This document shows positions 18,434-27,682 of a stretch of DNA of 37,712 bases, piece by piece. The DNA is from Candidatus Lightella neohaematopini. Its GTDB lineage: Bacteria; Pseudomonadota; Gammaproteobacteria; Enterobacterales; Enterobacteriaceae. The notes under the pieces were generated by a model. That model searched no databases. It was given only the letters and a program-made list of their open reading frames with translations, and had not been told where the DNA came from. The translations under genes were made by a program, and so were the position numbers. The stretch spans positions 1 to 37,712 of the forward strand of contig JAOBJS010000001.1 of assembly GCA_025728375.1 (NCBI GenBank). Reading direction: 5' to 3'. The first letter of the stretch is position 1, and each line of letters begins with the position of its first letter.

Positions 18434-19699
18434 TTATGTATGCAATTTAGTATTAACTAGTCTAATATTTGCACCAATTAATTTTAATTTTTTTTCTATA
18501 GAATCATAACCTCTATATACATAATGCGTATTATGTACAGTAGTAACTCCTTGAGCTATACAGCCAGCTAATATTAAACTAATTGACGACCTTAAATCAG
18601 TAGCCACCACATCTGTTCCAAATAATTTTTTAACTCCATAACATAATACGGTATTACCTATTATTTTTGCTTTTGCTCCCATTTTAATTAATTCAATAAT
18701 ATGTCTAAAACGATTTTCAAATATTGTTTCAGTAATTTTACTAGCTCCATTAGCAACTAAATTCAATAAACTAAATTGAGCTTGCATATCTGTAGGAAAT
18801 CCTGGATATGGGGATGTACGTATTATAACACCATTAGGGCGCCTACCATGCATATTTAAGCTTATCCAATTTTTACCAGTTCTAATATCAGCACCGGCTT
18901 CATATAATTTAATTAATACTTCATTTAATAAAGTGGGATATGTTGAATAACAAGTAATATGTCCTCTAGAAATAGCTGCAGCTACTAAAAAAGTACCAGT
19001 TTCTATTCTATCTGGTAATATTTTGTAAACACCACCATTAAGATAATTAACTCCATTTATTATAATTTTATTAGTACCTGCTCCATATATTTTAGCACCT
19101 AAAGTAATTAAAAAATTAGCAGTGTCAATTATTTCTGGTTCTTTAGCTGCATTATCTATTATCGTAGTACCAATGGCTAATGTTGCAGCAATCATGATAG
19201 TTAAAGTTGCTCCAACACTAATTTTACTCATATTTATATAAACTCCTTTTAACTTTCCTGATACTGATGCTTTAATATATTTATCTTTTACAGTTATATT
19301 AGCTCCTAATTTTCTTAACCCAAATAGATGAAGATCTATTGGTCTTGCACCAATAGCACATCCACCAGGTAATGGTATTATACCATAGCCAAATCTGGCT
19401 AATAATGGACTTAGTATCCATATAGATGCACGTATGTTATTTGATAAATAATATGGACAACAGATATCTATATTTTTAGGATTAATATATATTGATTTAC
19501 TTTTTTTAATTTTTACGCCAAGCTTATTTAATAATTTTATTGCTATATCAATATCTTTTAATTTAGGTATATTTTTTATTTCTACAATATTTTCTGTTAA
19601 CAATGTAGCAAATAGTATTGGCAAAGCAGAATTTTTTGCACCAGAAATATTTACTTTTCCACTTAATTTAGTTGGGCCATAAATATAAAATTTATTCAT
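18434..19699 (-). CDS. murA: UDP-N-acetylglucosamine 1-carboxyvinyltransferase
   Basis: 421 aa. [10 protein letters not shown], and the active-site Cys context [15 protein letters not shown]. Confidence 0.96.
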   Translation of the reverse strand: MNKFYIYGPTKLSGKVNISGAKNSALPILFATLLTENIVEIKNIPKLKDIDIAIKLLNKLGVKIKKSKSIYINPKNIDICCPYYLSNNIRASIWILSPLLARFGYGIIPLPGGCAIGARPIDLHLFGLRKLGANITVKDKYIKASVSGKLKGVYINMSKISVGATLTIMIAATLAIGTTIIDNAAKEPEIIDTANFLITLGAKIYGAGTNKIIINGVNYLNGGVYKILPDRIETGTFLVAAAISRGHITCYSTYPTLLNEVLIKLYEAGADIRTGKNWISLNMHGRRPNGVIIRTSPYPGFPTDMQAQFSLLNLVANGASKITETIFENRFRHIIELIKMGAKAKIIGNTVLCYGVKKLFGTDVVATDLRSSISLILAGCIAQGVTTVHNTHYVYRGYDSIEKKLKLIGANIRLVNTKLHT

Positions 19700-19721
19700 T
19701 AAATTTTAGTTTATATAAATA

Positions 19722-19976
19722 TTAATTGTTTTTCTTATCATTATAATTTTTCCATTCATTTTTAGTATATGTTGTGATTGATACAGAATGAATAATATTA
19801 TTTTTTATATACTTAGCTAATGGTTTATAAACTTCTTGCTGTCTTTCTAATGTACTTAAATTAATAAAACTATCTTTTATTATTGTGATACATAAATGAT
19901 TATCGTAATTATTAATATAATATTCGTCAGGAGATAAATAATCTAATAAATCTTTCTTTATTTCTTCTATATTCAT
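19722..19976 (-). CDS. ibaG: BolA-family protein IbaG (YrbA)
   Basis: 84 aa, the same length as E. coli IbaG, and immediately upstream of murA as in E. coli. The sequence itself is poorly conserved. Confidence 0.7.
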   Translation of the reverse strand: MNIEEIKKDLLDYLSPDEYYINNYDNHLCITIIKDSFINLSTLERQQEVYKPLAKYIKNNIIHSVSITTYTKNEWKNYNDKKNN

Positions 19977-20205
19977 AATTATTTTACTGAAATATTTAAT
20001 AATATAGATAATTATAATTATAATAAAGTTATATAAAAATTTTTACCGACAATAAATTATACAATATTTAATATTGTAAATAAAATATTAATTAGCATAA
20101 TAAATGTATTAATTCATAATAATATATTGTATTGTAACAACTATAATTTTATATTAAATGATTAAAATTATATTTTATTAACTTTGTTATACTATTGGAA
20201 CTTAT

Positions 20206-21180
20206 ATGTCTTATAATGAATTATCAATTTCTTATGATTTTATATCTACTGGTAAATCTATCTTAAAAAAAGAAATAGATTGCCTAAAAAAATTAAATAA
20301 ATGTATTGATGTTAATTTTCATAATGCATGTAAATTAATATTATATTGTACAGGTAAAGTAATAACAATGGGTGTAGGCAAATCTGGACATATAGCTAAA
20401 AAAATAGCAGCTACTTTTTCTAGTACTGGTACTCCATCATTTTTTATTCACCCTAATGATGCTGGTCACGGTGATTTAGGTATGATATCTAGTAATGATA
20501 TTATTATGATATTATCTAATTCTGGAGAATCTAGAGAATTATTAGTTTTAATTCCAGCATTAAAATATTTAAAAGTAAATATTATTAGTATAACAAGAAA
20601 TATTGGTAATACTATTAGTAAGATATCTCAAGTTAATATTTATACTAACATTATACAAGAAGTTTGTATATTTGGATTAGCACCAACTACTAGTACAACT
20701 GCTATGCTAATAATTGGTGATACTTTAGCAATTACTTTATCTAAAGTAAAAAAATTTACTTTAAACAAATTTATTTTATCACATCCAGAAGGTACAATAA
20801 AAAATACTAATTTAATTAAAGTTAATGATGTTATGCGTAATGTTAAAGATTTACCAGTAATACATCAGGATAGTTCACTATATGAAGTAATGAAAAAAAT
20901 AAATAATTTTTTAGGAATAGTAATTATTTGTAGTCAAGATAATAATGTCATTGGTATAGTAACAAATAAAGACATAAAAAATTTTTTACTTAATAATACT
21001 GCTAATTTAAAACAAACTAAAGTTTCATTAATAATGAAAACTAATTTAATTAGTATTAAATCTAATCAACCGCTAATTAATGCTATTAATTTAATTAAAT
21101 TAAATAAAATAAAAAATTTAATTGTAATAGATAATTGTAAATTAATTGGTATAATTAATATATATGATATTTTTGTATGA
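20206..21180 (+). CDS. kdsD: Arabinose-5-phosphate isomerase (SIS domain plus tandem CBS domains)
   Basis: 324 aa. GKVITMGVGKSGHIAKKIAATFSSTGTPSFFIHPNDAGHGDLGM and LAPTTSTTAMLIIGD match KdsD. Confidence 0.93.
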   Translation: MSYNELSISYDFISTGKSILKKEIDCLKKLNKCIDVNFHNACKLILYCTGKVITMGVGKSGHIAKKIAATFSSTGTPSFFIHPNDAGHGDLGMISSNDIIMILSNSGESRELLVLIPALKYLKVNIISITRNIGNTISKISQVNIYTNIIQEVCIFGLAPTTSTTAMLIIGDTLAITLSKVKKFTLNKFILSHPEGTIKNTNLIKVNDVMRNVKDLPVIHQDSSLYEVMKKINNFLGIVIICSQDNNVIGIVTNKDIKNFLLNNTANLKQTKVSLIMKTNLISIKSNQPLINAINLIKLNKIKNLIVIDNCKLIGIINIYDIFV

Positions 21181-21189
21181 ATTAAGATA

Positions 21190-21735
21190 ATGAATAAAAA
21201 AAAGTTACAAAATACTAATACAGGTTTAATAACACAACAAATATTAGAACTTACTAAAAATATTAAGTTATTAGTTTGTGATATAGATGGTGTTATGACT
21301 AATAATATTATTTATGTTGATCATAACGGTGAAGAATTAAGGTCGTTTAATGTTCGTGATAGTTATGGTATTTTTTGTCTAAAAAAATTTAATATAGAAG
21401 TTGCAGTAATTAGTGGTAGATATTCTAAAGTAGTTAACTACTATTGTAATACTTTAAATATTAAATATATTTATCAAAATAAATTAAATAAAGTACCAAT
21501 ATTATACGAAATATTAAATCAAACAAATTTAACTGTTGATAGTACTGCTTATATTGGTGATGATTTGATAGATATTCCTGTTATGAAATTAGTAAAATTT
21601 AGTGTAGCTGTATCTGATGCTCATCCAGCTTTATTTAAGGTAGCTAATTATGTAACTAATTATGCAGGTGGTAATGGAGCTGTAAGAGAAGTATGTGATT
21701 TATTACTTATTTCACAAAATAAATTGGTTTATTAA
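21190..21735 (+). CDS. kdsC: 3-deoxy-D-manno-octulosonate 8-phosphate phosphatase
   Basis: 181 aa. HAD motif LLVCDIDGVMT, plus ..YIGDDLIDIPVM.. and GGNGAVREVCDLLL. Confidence 0.92.
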   Translation: MNKKKLQNTNTGLITQQILELTKNIKLLVCDIDGVMTNNIIYVDHNGEELRSFNVRDSYGIFCLKKFNIEVAVISGRYSKVVNYYCNTLNIKYIYQNKLNKVPILYEILNQTNLTVDSTAYIGDDLIDIPVMKLVKFSVAVSDAHPALFKVANYVTNYAGGNGAVREVCDLLLISQNKLVY

Positions 21736-21828
21736 CTTAATACATTAGATACAATGTTATGTGATTAATTAATATTGAATATGATATTTTAACTAAATTA
21801 ATAATGAAAAATATTAATAATCAAATAA

Positions 21829-22338
21829 ATGAATTGTTTCATTATTTATTATAATTATTTAAAAATAGTTAATTTTTTATATATATTATTAATTTTATCT
21901 ATTAACTATAATGTATTAGCAAGTACAAAAAATAATATTTTAATATCATCAAATGAACAAATAATTAATTTATTTAGTAATACTATTAAATTTAGCAATA
22001 ACGTTAAAATAAAATATTCTAATATAATAATTAATGCGAATAAAGCTATTATTAATAGTACTAATCGTAATGATATTACTAATATAATTTATGGGTACGG
22101 AAAACCATTAATACATATTAAAATATGTACTAATAATATTAATTTATTGGGTGAATCTAATCAATTTTATTTTAATATAGATAAAAATATCATTCTTTTA
22201 ATAAATCATGTTAATGTTTGTTATGGTAATATTCATATTTATAGTAAGTGTATAATATACTTAATCAATAAAAAACAAATAATATCATTTAATAATAATA
22301 AACAAGTACATATTTTAATTAAGTCAAAATATAAATAA
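21829..22338 (+). CDS. lptA: LPS transport periplasmic protein LptA (OstA-like fold)
   Basis: 169 aa with a hydrophobic signal-like N-terminus. IIINANKAIIN..YGYGKPLIHIK parallels E. coli LptA IKINADKVVV..DGYGKPATFYQ. It lies directly upstream of lptB. Confidence 0.8.
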   Translation: MNCFIIYYNYLKIVNFLYILLILSINYNVLASTKNNILISSNEQIINLFSNTIKFSNNVKIKYSNIIINANKAIINSTNRNDITNIIYGYGKPLIHIKICTNNINLLGESNQFYFNIDKNIILLINHVNVCYGNIHIYSKCIIYLINKKQIISFNNNKQVHILIKSKYK

Positions 22339-22341
22339 TAA

Positions 22342-23066
22342 ATGAGTTACTTAACTGTAAGAAATCTTAGTAAAAAATATAATAATACCATAATAATTAA
22401 TGATGTTAGTTTACACTTTAATTCAAGAAAGATAATAGGTATATTAGGTCCTAATGGTTCTGGTAAAACTACTATATTTTATATAATTATTGGTATTATT
22501 AAAAGTAGTAAAGGAGATATATTAATTGATAATATTAATATAAATAAGTTTTCTATACATAAGAGAGTATATTATGGTATTAATTTTTTACCACAGAAAA
22601 CTTCTATTTTTCGTAGTTTAAGTGTTTTTGATAATATTATGATTACATTAGAAAATAAAAAACATTTATCATATAAAAAAAAAACGAATTAGTATTATCG
22701 TTAATTAAAAAATTTAATATAGAACATTTAACTAATAATATTGGTTATACGTTATCAGGAGGTGAATGTAGAAAAGTAGAAATAGCTCGTGTTATAGCAA
22801 CTAATCCTAAATTTATATTATTTGACGAACCATTTTTAGGTATAGATCCAATATCGATATCAAATATAAAAAACATCATTAAACAACTTAACAATGATGG
22901 TTTAGGAATAATAATCACTGATCATAACACTAAAGAAATTCTTGATTTATGTGATGAGTTGTATATTTTGTATAAGGGTAAAGTTATTGCTAATGGTACA
23001 TCTAAAGAGATTAGATTTAATAAAAAGGTAAAATCATTATATTTAGGAAATGATTTTGTATACTAA
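22342..23066 (+). CDS. lptB: LPS export ABC transporter ATPase LptB, interrupted by a frameshift in an A10 tract (a pseudogene by strict annotation, possibly rescued by slippage)
   Basis: Frame 1 (22342-22692) encodes the Walker A motif GPNGSGKTT and the Q-loop region, and stops at TAG 22690-22692. The frame beginning at 22686 continues as ELVLSLIKKFNIEHL..YTLSGGECRKVEIARVIATNPKFILFDEPFLGIDP..IIITDHNTKE..LYLGNDFVY*, with signature, Walker B and H-loop all intact. The two halves together are collinear with the 241-aa E. coli LptB. Confidence 0.88.
22675..22684 (+). repeat. A10 homopolymer at the lptB frame break
   Basis: Counted directly: positions 22675-22684 are all A. Gaining one A or losing two restores a single reading frame. 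Confidence 0.95.
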
Positions 23067-23086
23067 AGATAAAAAATAAATTAATC

Positions 23087-23109
23087 TACTATACTTTATA
23101 AGTATAGTA
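23087..23109 (+). terminator. Possible terminator hairpin after lptB (10-bp perfect stem, AT-rich)
   Basis: TACTATACTT (23087-23096), loop TAT, then AAGTATAGTA (23100-23109). It lies 20 nt after the lptB stop. The stem is weak and there is no clean U-tract. Confidence 0.3.
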
Positions 23110-23149
23110 TATCTAGTTTAATAATTTTATTAATTAATATTAATATATT

Positions 23150-23806
23150 ATGTTAAATTACAGTATAATATATATTATTTCTGCTCCTAGTGGAACTGGA
23201 AAATCCAGTTTAATTAAATCTTTTATTAATAAAAAATTTTTAAAAAATATAACAATATCAATTTCATATACAACAAGAAAAAAAAGAATAGGAGAAGAAC
23301 ATGGTAAACACTATTTTTTTGTTTCAGTAAAAGAGTTTAAAGAAATGATTAGGAAAAAAATTTTTTTAGAATATGCTGTTGTTTTTGGTAATTACTATGG
23401 TACTACTTATAAAAATATAGAAAATTTAATGAATAATAATATTAGTATAATTTTAAACATAGATTGGCAAGGAGCGAGACAAGTTAAAAATAAATTATCT
23501 AATGTTTGTAGTATATTTATAATCCCTCCATCTATAAGAGAATTAAATAATAGATTATATTTAAGAGGTCAAGATAGTATCCATGTTATTAAAAATAGAA
23601 TTAATCAATTTTATAATGATGTAAGACATTATAAAGAATATAATTACTTAATAATAAACGATAAGTTTGAACTAACTCTAAAACAATTAAAATCTATTAT
23701 GATAGTTGAACAATTAAAAACTAAATACCAAAAAGATAATTTTTTATTAAATGGGAGTATTTATGGCAAGAATAACTGTACAAAAAGCAGTAAAAAAAGT
23801 AGGTAA
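23150..23806 (+). CDS. gmk: Guanylate kinase
   Basis: 218 aa. P-loop SAPSGTGKSSL, plus YTTRKKRIGEEHGKHYFFVS and EYAVVFGNYYGT. The 3' end overlaps rpoZ. Confidence 0.94.
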   Translation: MLNYSIIYIISAPSGTGKSSLIKSFINKKFLKNITISISYTTRKKRIGEEHGKHYFFVSVKEFKEMIRKKIFLEYAVVFGNYYGTTYKNIENLMNNNISIILNIDWQGARQVKNKLSNVCSIFIIPPSIRELNNRLYLRGQDSIHVIKNRINQFYNDVRHYKEYNYLIINDKFELTLKQLKSIMIVEQLKTKYQKDNFLLNGSIYGKNNCTKSSKKSR

Positions 23807-23954
23807 TGTATTTGATCTAATTTTAATTGCTGCAAATAAAGCGAGAAATATACAAAATAGTGAAAGAATGTCTATATTAAGTAATACAATTAATGATAAA
23901 TGTACAATTATTGCTCTTAAAGATATTGAAAAGAACTATTCAATTTATAATTAA
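23763..23954 (+). CDS. rpoZ: DNA-directed RNA polymerase omega subunit (short, 63 aa)
   Basis: The track start at 23751 lies within the Shine-Dalgarno (ATGGGAGTATTTATG). The ATG at 23763 gives MARITVQKAVKKVGNVFDLILIAANKARNIQ, which aligns with the E. coli [31 protein letters not shown]. Confidence 0.9.
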   Translation: MARITVQKAVKKVGNVFDLILIAANKARNIQNSERMSILSNTINDKCTIIALKDIEKNYSIYN

Positions 23955-24152
23955 TAAATAATTGTAATATTACTTTAATATTTAATAATATTTTTATAAT
24001 ATTTAATTAAAATAAATAATTTATTACTAGTTAATTGTTTATTAATTATATAATATAATTTTTAATTATAAAATTCTCATAAAATAATTTATCATAAACA
24101 CTAAAAATAGATAATTAATAATAAGTAAATTATTAATCATTTTAAAAATTTT

Positions 24153-25097
24153 ATGTATAATTATAAATATAATAAATTAATCATACTAGGTTCTGGTCCA
24201 GCTGGTTATACTGCTGCTATGTATACAGCTCGTGCTAATTTAAAACCATTACTAATTACTGGTAATAATATTGGTGGACAATTAATTAACACTATTAATA
24301 TAGAAAATTGGCCTGGAGAATGTAACATATCTGGTTATGATTTAATGAACAAGTTATTTAAACAGATTAAGCAATATAAAATAGATATTATTAATGATAG
24401 CATTGTAGAGACTAATTTTAACACTAATCCTTTCATTTTATATAGCAATAATTGTATGTATATATGTGATGTAATAATTATCGCTATTGGAACATATTCT
24501 CGCCGTTTAGGTTTATTATCAGAAAAAACTTATGAAAATAAGGGTATATCTACTTGTGCGTTATGTGATGGTAACTTTTATAAAAATAAGATAGTAGCTA
24601 TTGTTGGTGGTGGTAATACCGCATTAGAAGAAGCTCTATATTTGTCAAATATTGTTAAAAAAATATATATTATACACAGAAAAGATAAATTTAATGCTGA
24701 ATCTATCATAATAGATAAAATTATGCACCTAGTTAAAAATAATAAAATAATATTGTATAAAAATAGTGTTATTCAGGAAATATTAGGTAATAATGATGTT
24801 CTAACTAATATTAAGGTTAAAAATATATTAAATCAAAATATTATAAGTATTAGTATTAATGGTTTATTTTTAGCAATAGGTCATATCGCAAATACAGATA
24901 TATTTAATAATCAACTAATATTAAAAAATAATTACATATGTACAAATTTTAATAAAAGTTACAAAACTTCAACCTCTGTACCTGGTATTTTTGCAGCTGG
25001 TGATATAGTTTATGGTAATTATCGACAAGCTATAGTAGCAGCTGGTAGTGGTTGTATAGCTGCACTAGATGTAATAGATTACTTAAATAATTGTTAA
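24153..25097 (+). CDS. trxB: Thioredoxin reductase
   Basis: 314 aa. [12 protein letters not shown] (FAD binding), redox-active [19 protein letters not shown] (NADPH binding), and GIFAAGD. Confidence 0.95.
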   Translation: MYNYKYNKLIILGSGPAGYTAAMYTARANLKPLLITGNNIGGQLINTINIENWPGECNISGYDLMNKLFKQIKQYKIDIINDSIVETNFNTNPFILYSNNCMYICDVIIIAIGTYSRRLGLLSEKTYENKGISTCALCDGNFYKNKIVAIVGGGNTALEEALYLSNIVKKIYIIHRKDKFNAESIIIDKIMHLVKNNKIILYKNSVIQEILGNNDVLTNIKVKNILNQNIISISINGLFLAIGHIANTDIFNNQLILKNNYICTNFNKSYKTSTSVPGIFAAGDIVYGNYRQAIVAAGSGCIAALDVIDYLNNC

Positions 25098-25102
25098 TAA
25101 TT

Positions 25103-25321
25103 ATGAATAAAAAAAATCATATTGAAATGTGGGGGACTGTATTAGATACATTACCAAATACTATGTTTAGAGTTAAATTAGATAATAATCACATAGTTAC
25201 TGCTCATATTTCTGGTAAAATGCGTAAAAATTATATTAGAATCCTTACTGGAGACAAAGTTATTGTTGAATTGACTCCTTATGATATAAATAAAGGTAGA
25301 ATAATATTCCGTAATCGTTAG
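25103..25321 (+). CDS. infA: Translation initiation factor IF-1
   Basis: The track start at 25091 is a TTG inside the trxB 3' end. The ATG at 25103 gives [61 protein letters not shown], nearly identical to E. coli IF1. Confidence 0.96.
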   Translation: MNKKNHIEMWGTVLDTLPNTMFRVKLDNNHIVTAHISGKMRKNYIRILTGDKVIVELTPYDINKGRIIFRNR

Positions 25322-25344
25322 TTATCAACTATTAATAATATAAT

Positions 25345-25429
25345 TACCGAAGATCGGATTTGAACCGATAAGTCATTAAGAGACGGTTAATTTTGAGTTA
25401 ACTGCGTTTACCAATTTCGCCACTTCGGT
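25345..25429 (-). tRNA. tRNA-Leu (anticodon CAA), class II long variable arm, no encoded CCA
   Basis: The reverse complement is ACCGAAGTGGCGAAATTGGTAAACGCAGTTAACTCAAAATTAACCGTCTCTTAATGACTTATCGGTTCAAATCCGATCTTCGGTA. Acceptor ACCGAAG/CTTCGGT, anticodon loop CTCAAAA, T arm ATCGG-TTCAAAT-CCGAT. It closely matches E. coli leuX except for A1:T72. Confidence 0.9.
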
Positions 25430-25444
25430 TAAAATGTAAGGTAA

Positions 25445-26512
25445 TTATTGTAACATACTTTTATTTATTTTTATACAGTATATTAACACTATTAAATGTG
25501 ATATTAATACTATTGGTAGTATTTTATGTATGATAAAACTTATATACAATATAAATTGATGTATAACATAAAATAAAAAATTTATTATTAAACTATTTGT
25601 TACTATATTTTTTATAGACAATGTGTCTAATTTACGAAAGATTATTGAAGTTATAATAAATATAATAATAGTGATATTAATAGGTAATAATAATTTATTC
25701 CACATATATAATTGATAATAATCATAATCCATATTATTTTTTTTTAAAAAGTTAATTTGATAATATAATTGTTTAATAGATAATAATTCTGGAGTTATAG
25801 TAAAAATATGTAGTTCATAAGGTGTTAGATTAGTATGCCATATACAAATTGGTATATAATTACTTGATATAGGTTTTGTTAATTTTAGATGATTTACGTT
25901 ATATAATATCCAATAATTTTTAGTAAATTTTGCCATTTTAGCGTGATATATATTGTATAATCTATTATCATTTGTAGTATAAAATATATTTATATTAAAT
26001 ATTTTATTATTATAAATATTATCTATTAAAATAGATTTTTTACTATTTTTAATATAAATATTATGACTAGCAGTACTTTTTTTTATATTAAAATCAAATA
26101 GAAGATAATTAAAAGATAAAATAGTTTCCAGAATTAATAAGAAAAATATTGAAGTAATAATACTAATCTTAATTATTAATATTGTAATTTGATAACATTT
26201 TTTTTTTAGTGTTAAAACTATTATTAACTCATTTTTTAATATTAATGAAATTATACTACATAGTACAGATAAAGAAATTATTATTGGTAAAAATAATTCT
26301 ATATCTTTAATAATATTAAATAAAATTATTAGTATAATATGAACTATTGAATAGTTATATATTTTATTTGATATTTCGATTAATTTATTAATGCAAGATA
26401 ATAGACTTATAATACATGAAATTTGTATAGCATAAATAAAAATATTTTTTAAAATATATAAATTTAATATACCAAATAATAGTTTGGCATATTTATTAAT
26501 TTTATTTGTCAT
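25445..26512 (-). CDS. lptG: LPS export ABC transporter permease LptG
   Basis: 355 aa and polytopic. WHTNLTPYELHIF..LSIKQLYYQINFLKKNN.DYDYYQLYMWNKLLLP parallels E. coli LptG WKTNLTPDKL..LSISGLHNYVKYLKSSGQDAGRYQLNMWSKIFQP. Its ATG overlaps the lptF stop (ATGA). Confidence 0.88.
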   Translation of the reverse strand: MTNKINKYAKLLFGILNLYILKNIFIYAIQISCIISLLSCINKLIEISNKIYNYSIVHIILIILFNIIKDIELFLPIIISLSVLCSIISLILKNELIIVLTLKKKCYQITILIIKISIITSIFFLLILETILSFNYLLFDFNIKKSTASHNIYIKNSKKSILIDNIYNNKIFNINIFYTTNDNRLYNIYHAKMAKFTKNYWILYNVNHLKLTKPISSNYIPICIWHTNLTPYELHIFTITPELLSIKQLYYQINFLKKNNMDYDYYQLYMWNKLLLPINITIIIFIITSIIFRKLDTLSIKNIVTNSLIINFLFYVIHQFILYISFIIHKILPIVLISHLIVLIYCIKINKSMLQ

Positions 26513-27528
26513 AGTAATAACTTTTTAGTTAAATATTCAATTAATATTGTAATAATTAAGTAAAATACGTAAACTAACCACATCAATAAATGTGAATAAC
26601 TAGTTATACTAATAAGTAATAAATGTTGTGTGATAAAAAAAAATATATATAGTATTACTAAAATTGAAATACTTAATACTTTTTTAATATTGCTAACTAA
26701 AATAATTGCAGATAGTAAATAAAATAGTGGTATAGATAATATTAAGTTATATCTCCAATGTAATTCGTTTATATTTTTATTATTAGTATTAAATACTAGC
26801 TGATTTAAATTTAATTGATTAGATAATAAATTATATTTTTTGTTTTTGATGCAAAAAAATAAATAGTATTTTTTAAATTTTGTTATTACTAAATTTTGAT
26901 TTAATAAGTTATAATAATAATTATTACCATTAAATAATATAATTAATTTATATTTTTTATTACAAATAAAATTATAAACATCACCAGTACTTATTAAGTA
27001 ATATTTGTTTGTTTTAATCTTTATTAAAAAAATATTATTTAACTTTTTATTAAAAATAATAGTATTGTTTTTAATATTAATAGGTAGATTATTTGATATT
27101 AATTGATTAATATTGTTTTGTTTATTATTAAATAATAATTTACAATAATATTTATTAGACATTGGTACAACCCACATACTATTAATGGTAGTAAAAAGCA
27201 TAATAAAAATACTTACAATTAATAGTGTTAAATATATTATATTTTTATTATATCCGCAGCTATATATAGCCAATAACTCGTTATTATTATGTATATGTTG
27301 CATAATAATAAATACACTTATTATAATACTTATAGGTACTATAGTTTGTATTATTTCAGGAATCTTTAAAATTATTAAAATAATAGCTAAATTTTTAGTA
27401 ATATGCCCAATAGTAATTAATTTTAGTATTCTCATTGCTTTATTACAAAGGAATATCAATACTAAAATCAATATAATAATAATTTGAATTTTATATATCT
27501 TATTAAATATATATTTAATAATAATCAT
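26509..27528 (-). CDS. lptF: LPS export ABC transporter permease LptF
   Basis: The track start at 27567 is a TTG. The ATG at 27528 gives MIIIKYIFNKIYKIQ.., aligning with the E. coli LptF MIIIRYLVRETLKSQ. Also ELLAIYSCGYNK (E. coli EITVMHACGLSK) and ELHWRYNLILSIPL (E. coli ELNWRITLVFTV). Confidence 0.88.
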   Translation of the reverse strand: MIIIKYIFNKIYKIQIIIILILVLIFLCNKAMRILKLITIGHITKNLAIILIILKIPEIIQTIVPISIIISVFIIMQHIHNNNELLAIYSCGYNKNIIYLTLLIVSIFIMLFTTINSMWVVPMSNKYYCKLLFNNKQNNINQLISNNLPINIKNNTIIFNKKLNNIFLIKIKTNKYYLISTGDVYNFICNKKYKLIILFNGNNYYYNLLNQNLVITKFKKYYLFFCIKNKKYNLLSNQLNLNQLVFNTNNKNINELHWRYNLILSIPLFYLLSAIILVSNIKKVLSISILVILYIFFFITQHLLLISITSYSHLLMWLVYVFYLIITILIEYLTKKLLL

Positions 27529-27682
27529 AATTATATATATTTGATATAATTTAAAATTATTTATCAATTAGATTTATTAATTTTCTAGATATATCTATTT
27601 GTAATTTAAATATTTTAGTTTTATATAATAAAATCTAGTATAATAGATAATTAATAATATTAACAATTGTGGAAATTAATTA

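Noticed and set aside
21804-21854. 16-codon ORF (MKNINNQINELFHYLL) in the kdsC-lptA gap, considered as an lptC remnant
   Set aside because: It is far too short, has no resemblance to the LptC N-terminal anchor, and overlaps the lptA start out of frame.
22342-22692. Treating the 116-aa ORF as a stand-alone truncated ATPase gene
   Set aside because: It carries only the Walker A and Q-loop half of an ABC domain. The missing half continues immediately in another frame, so the two parts are one lptB gene with a frameshift.
27185-27487. 100-aa plus-strand ORF
   Set aside because: It is antisense to lptF. Its apparent hydrophobicity simply mirrors the T-rich membrane-protein codons on the other strand.
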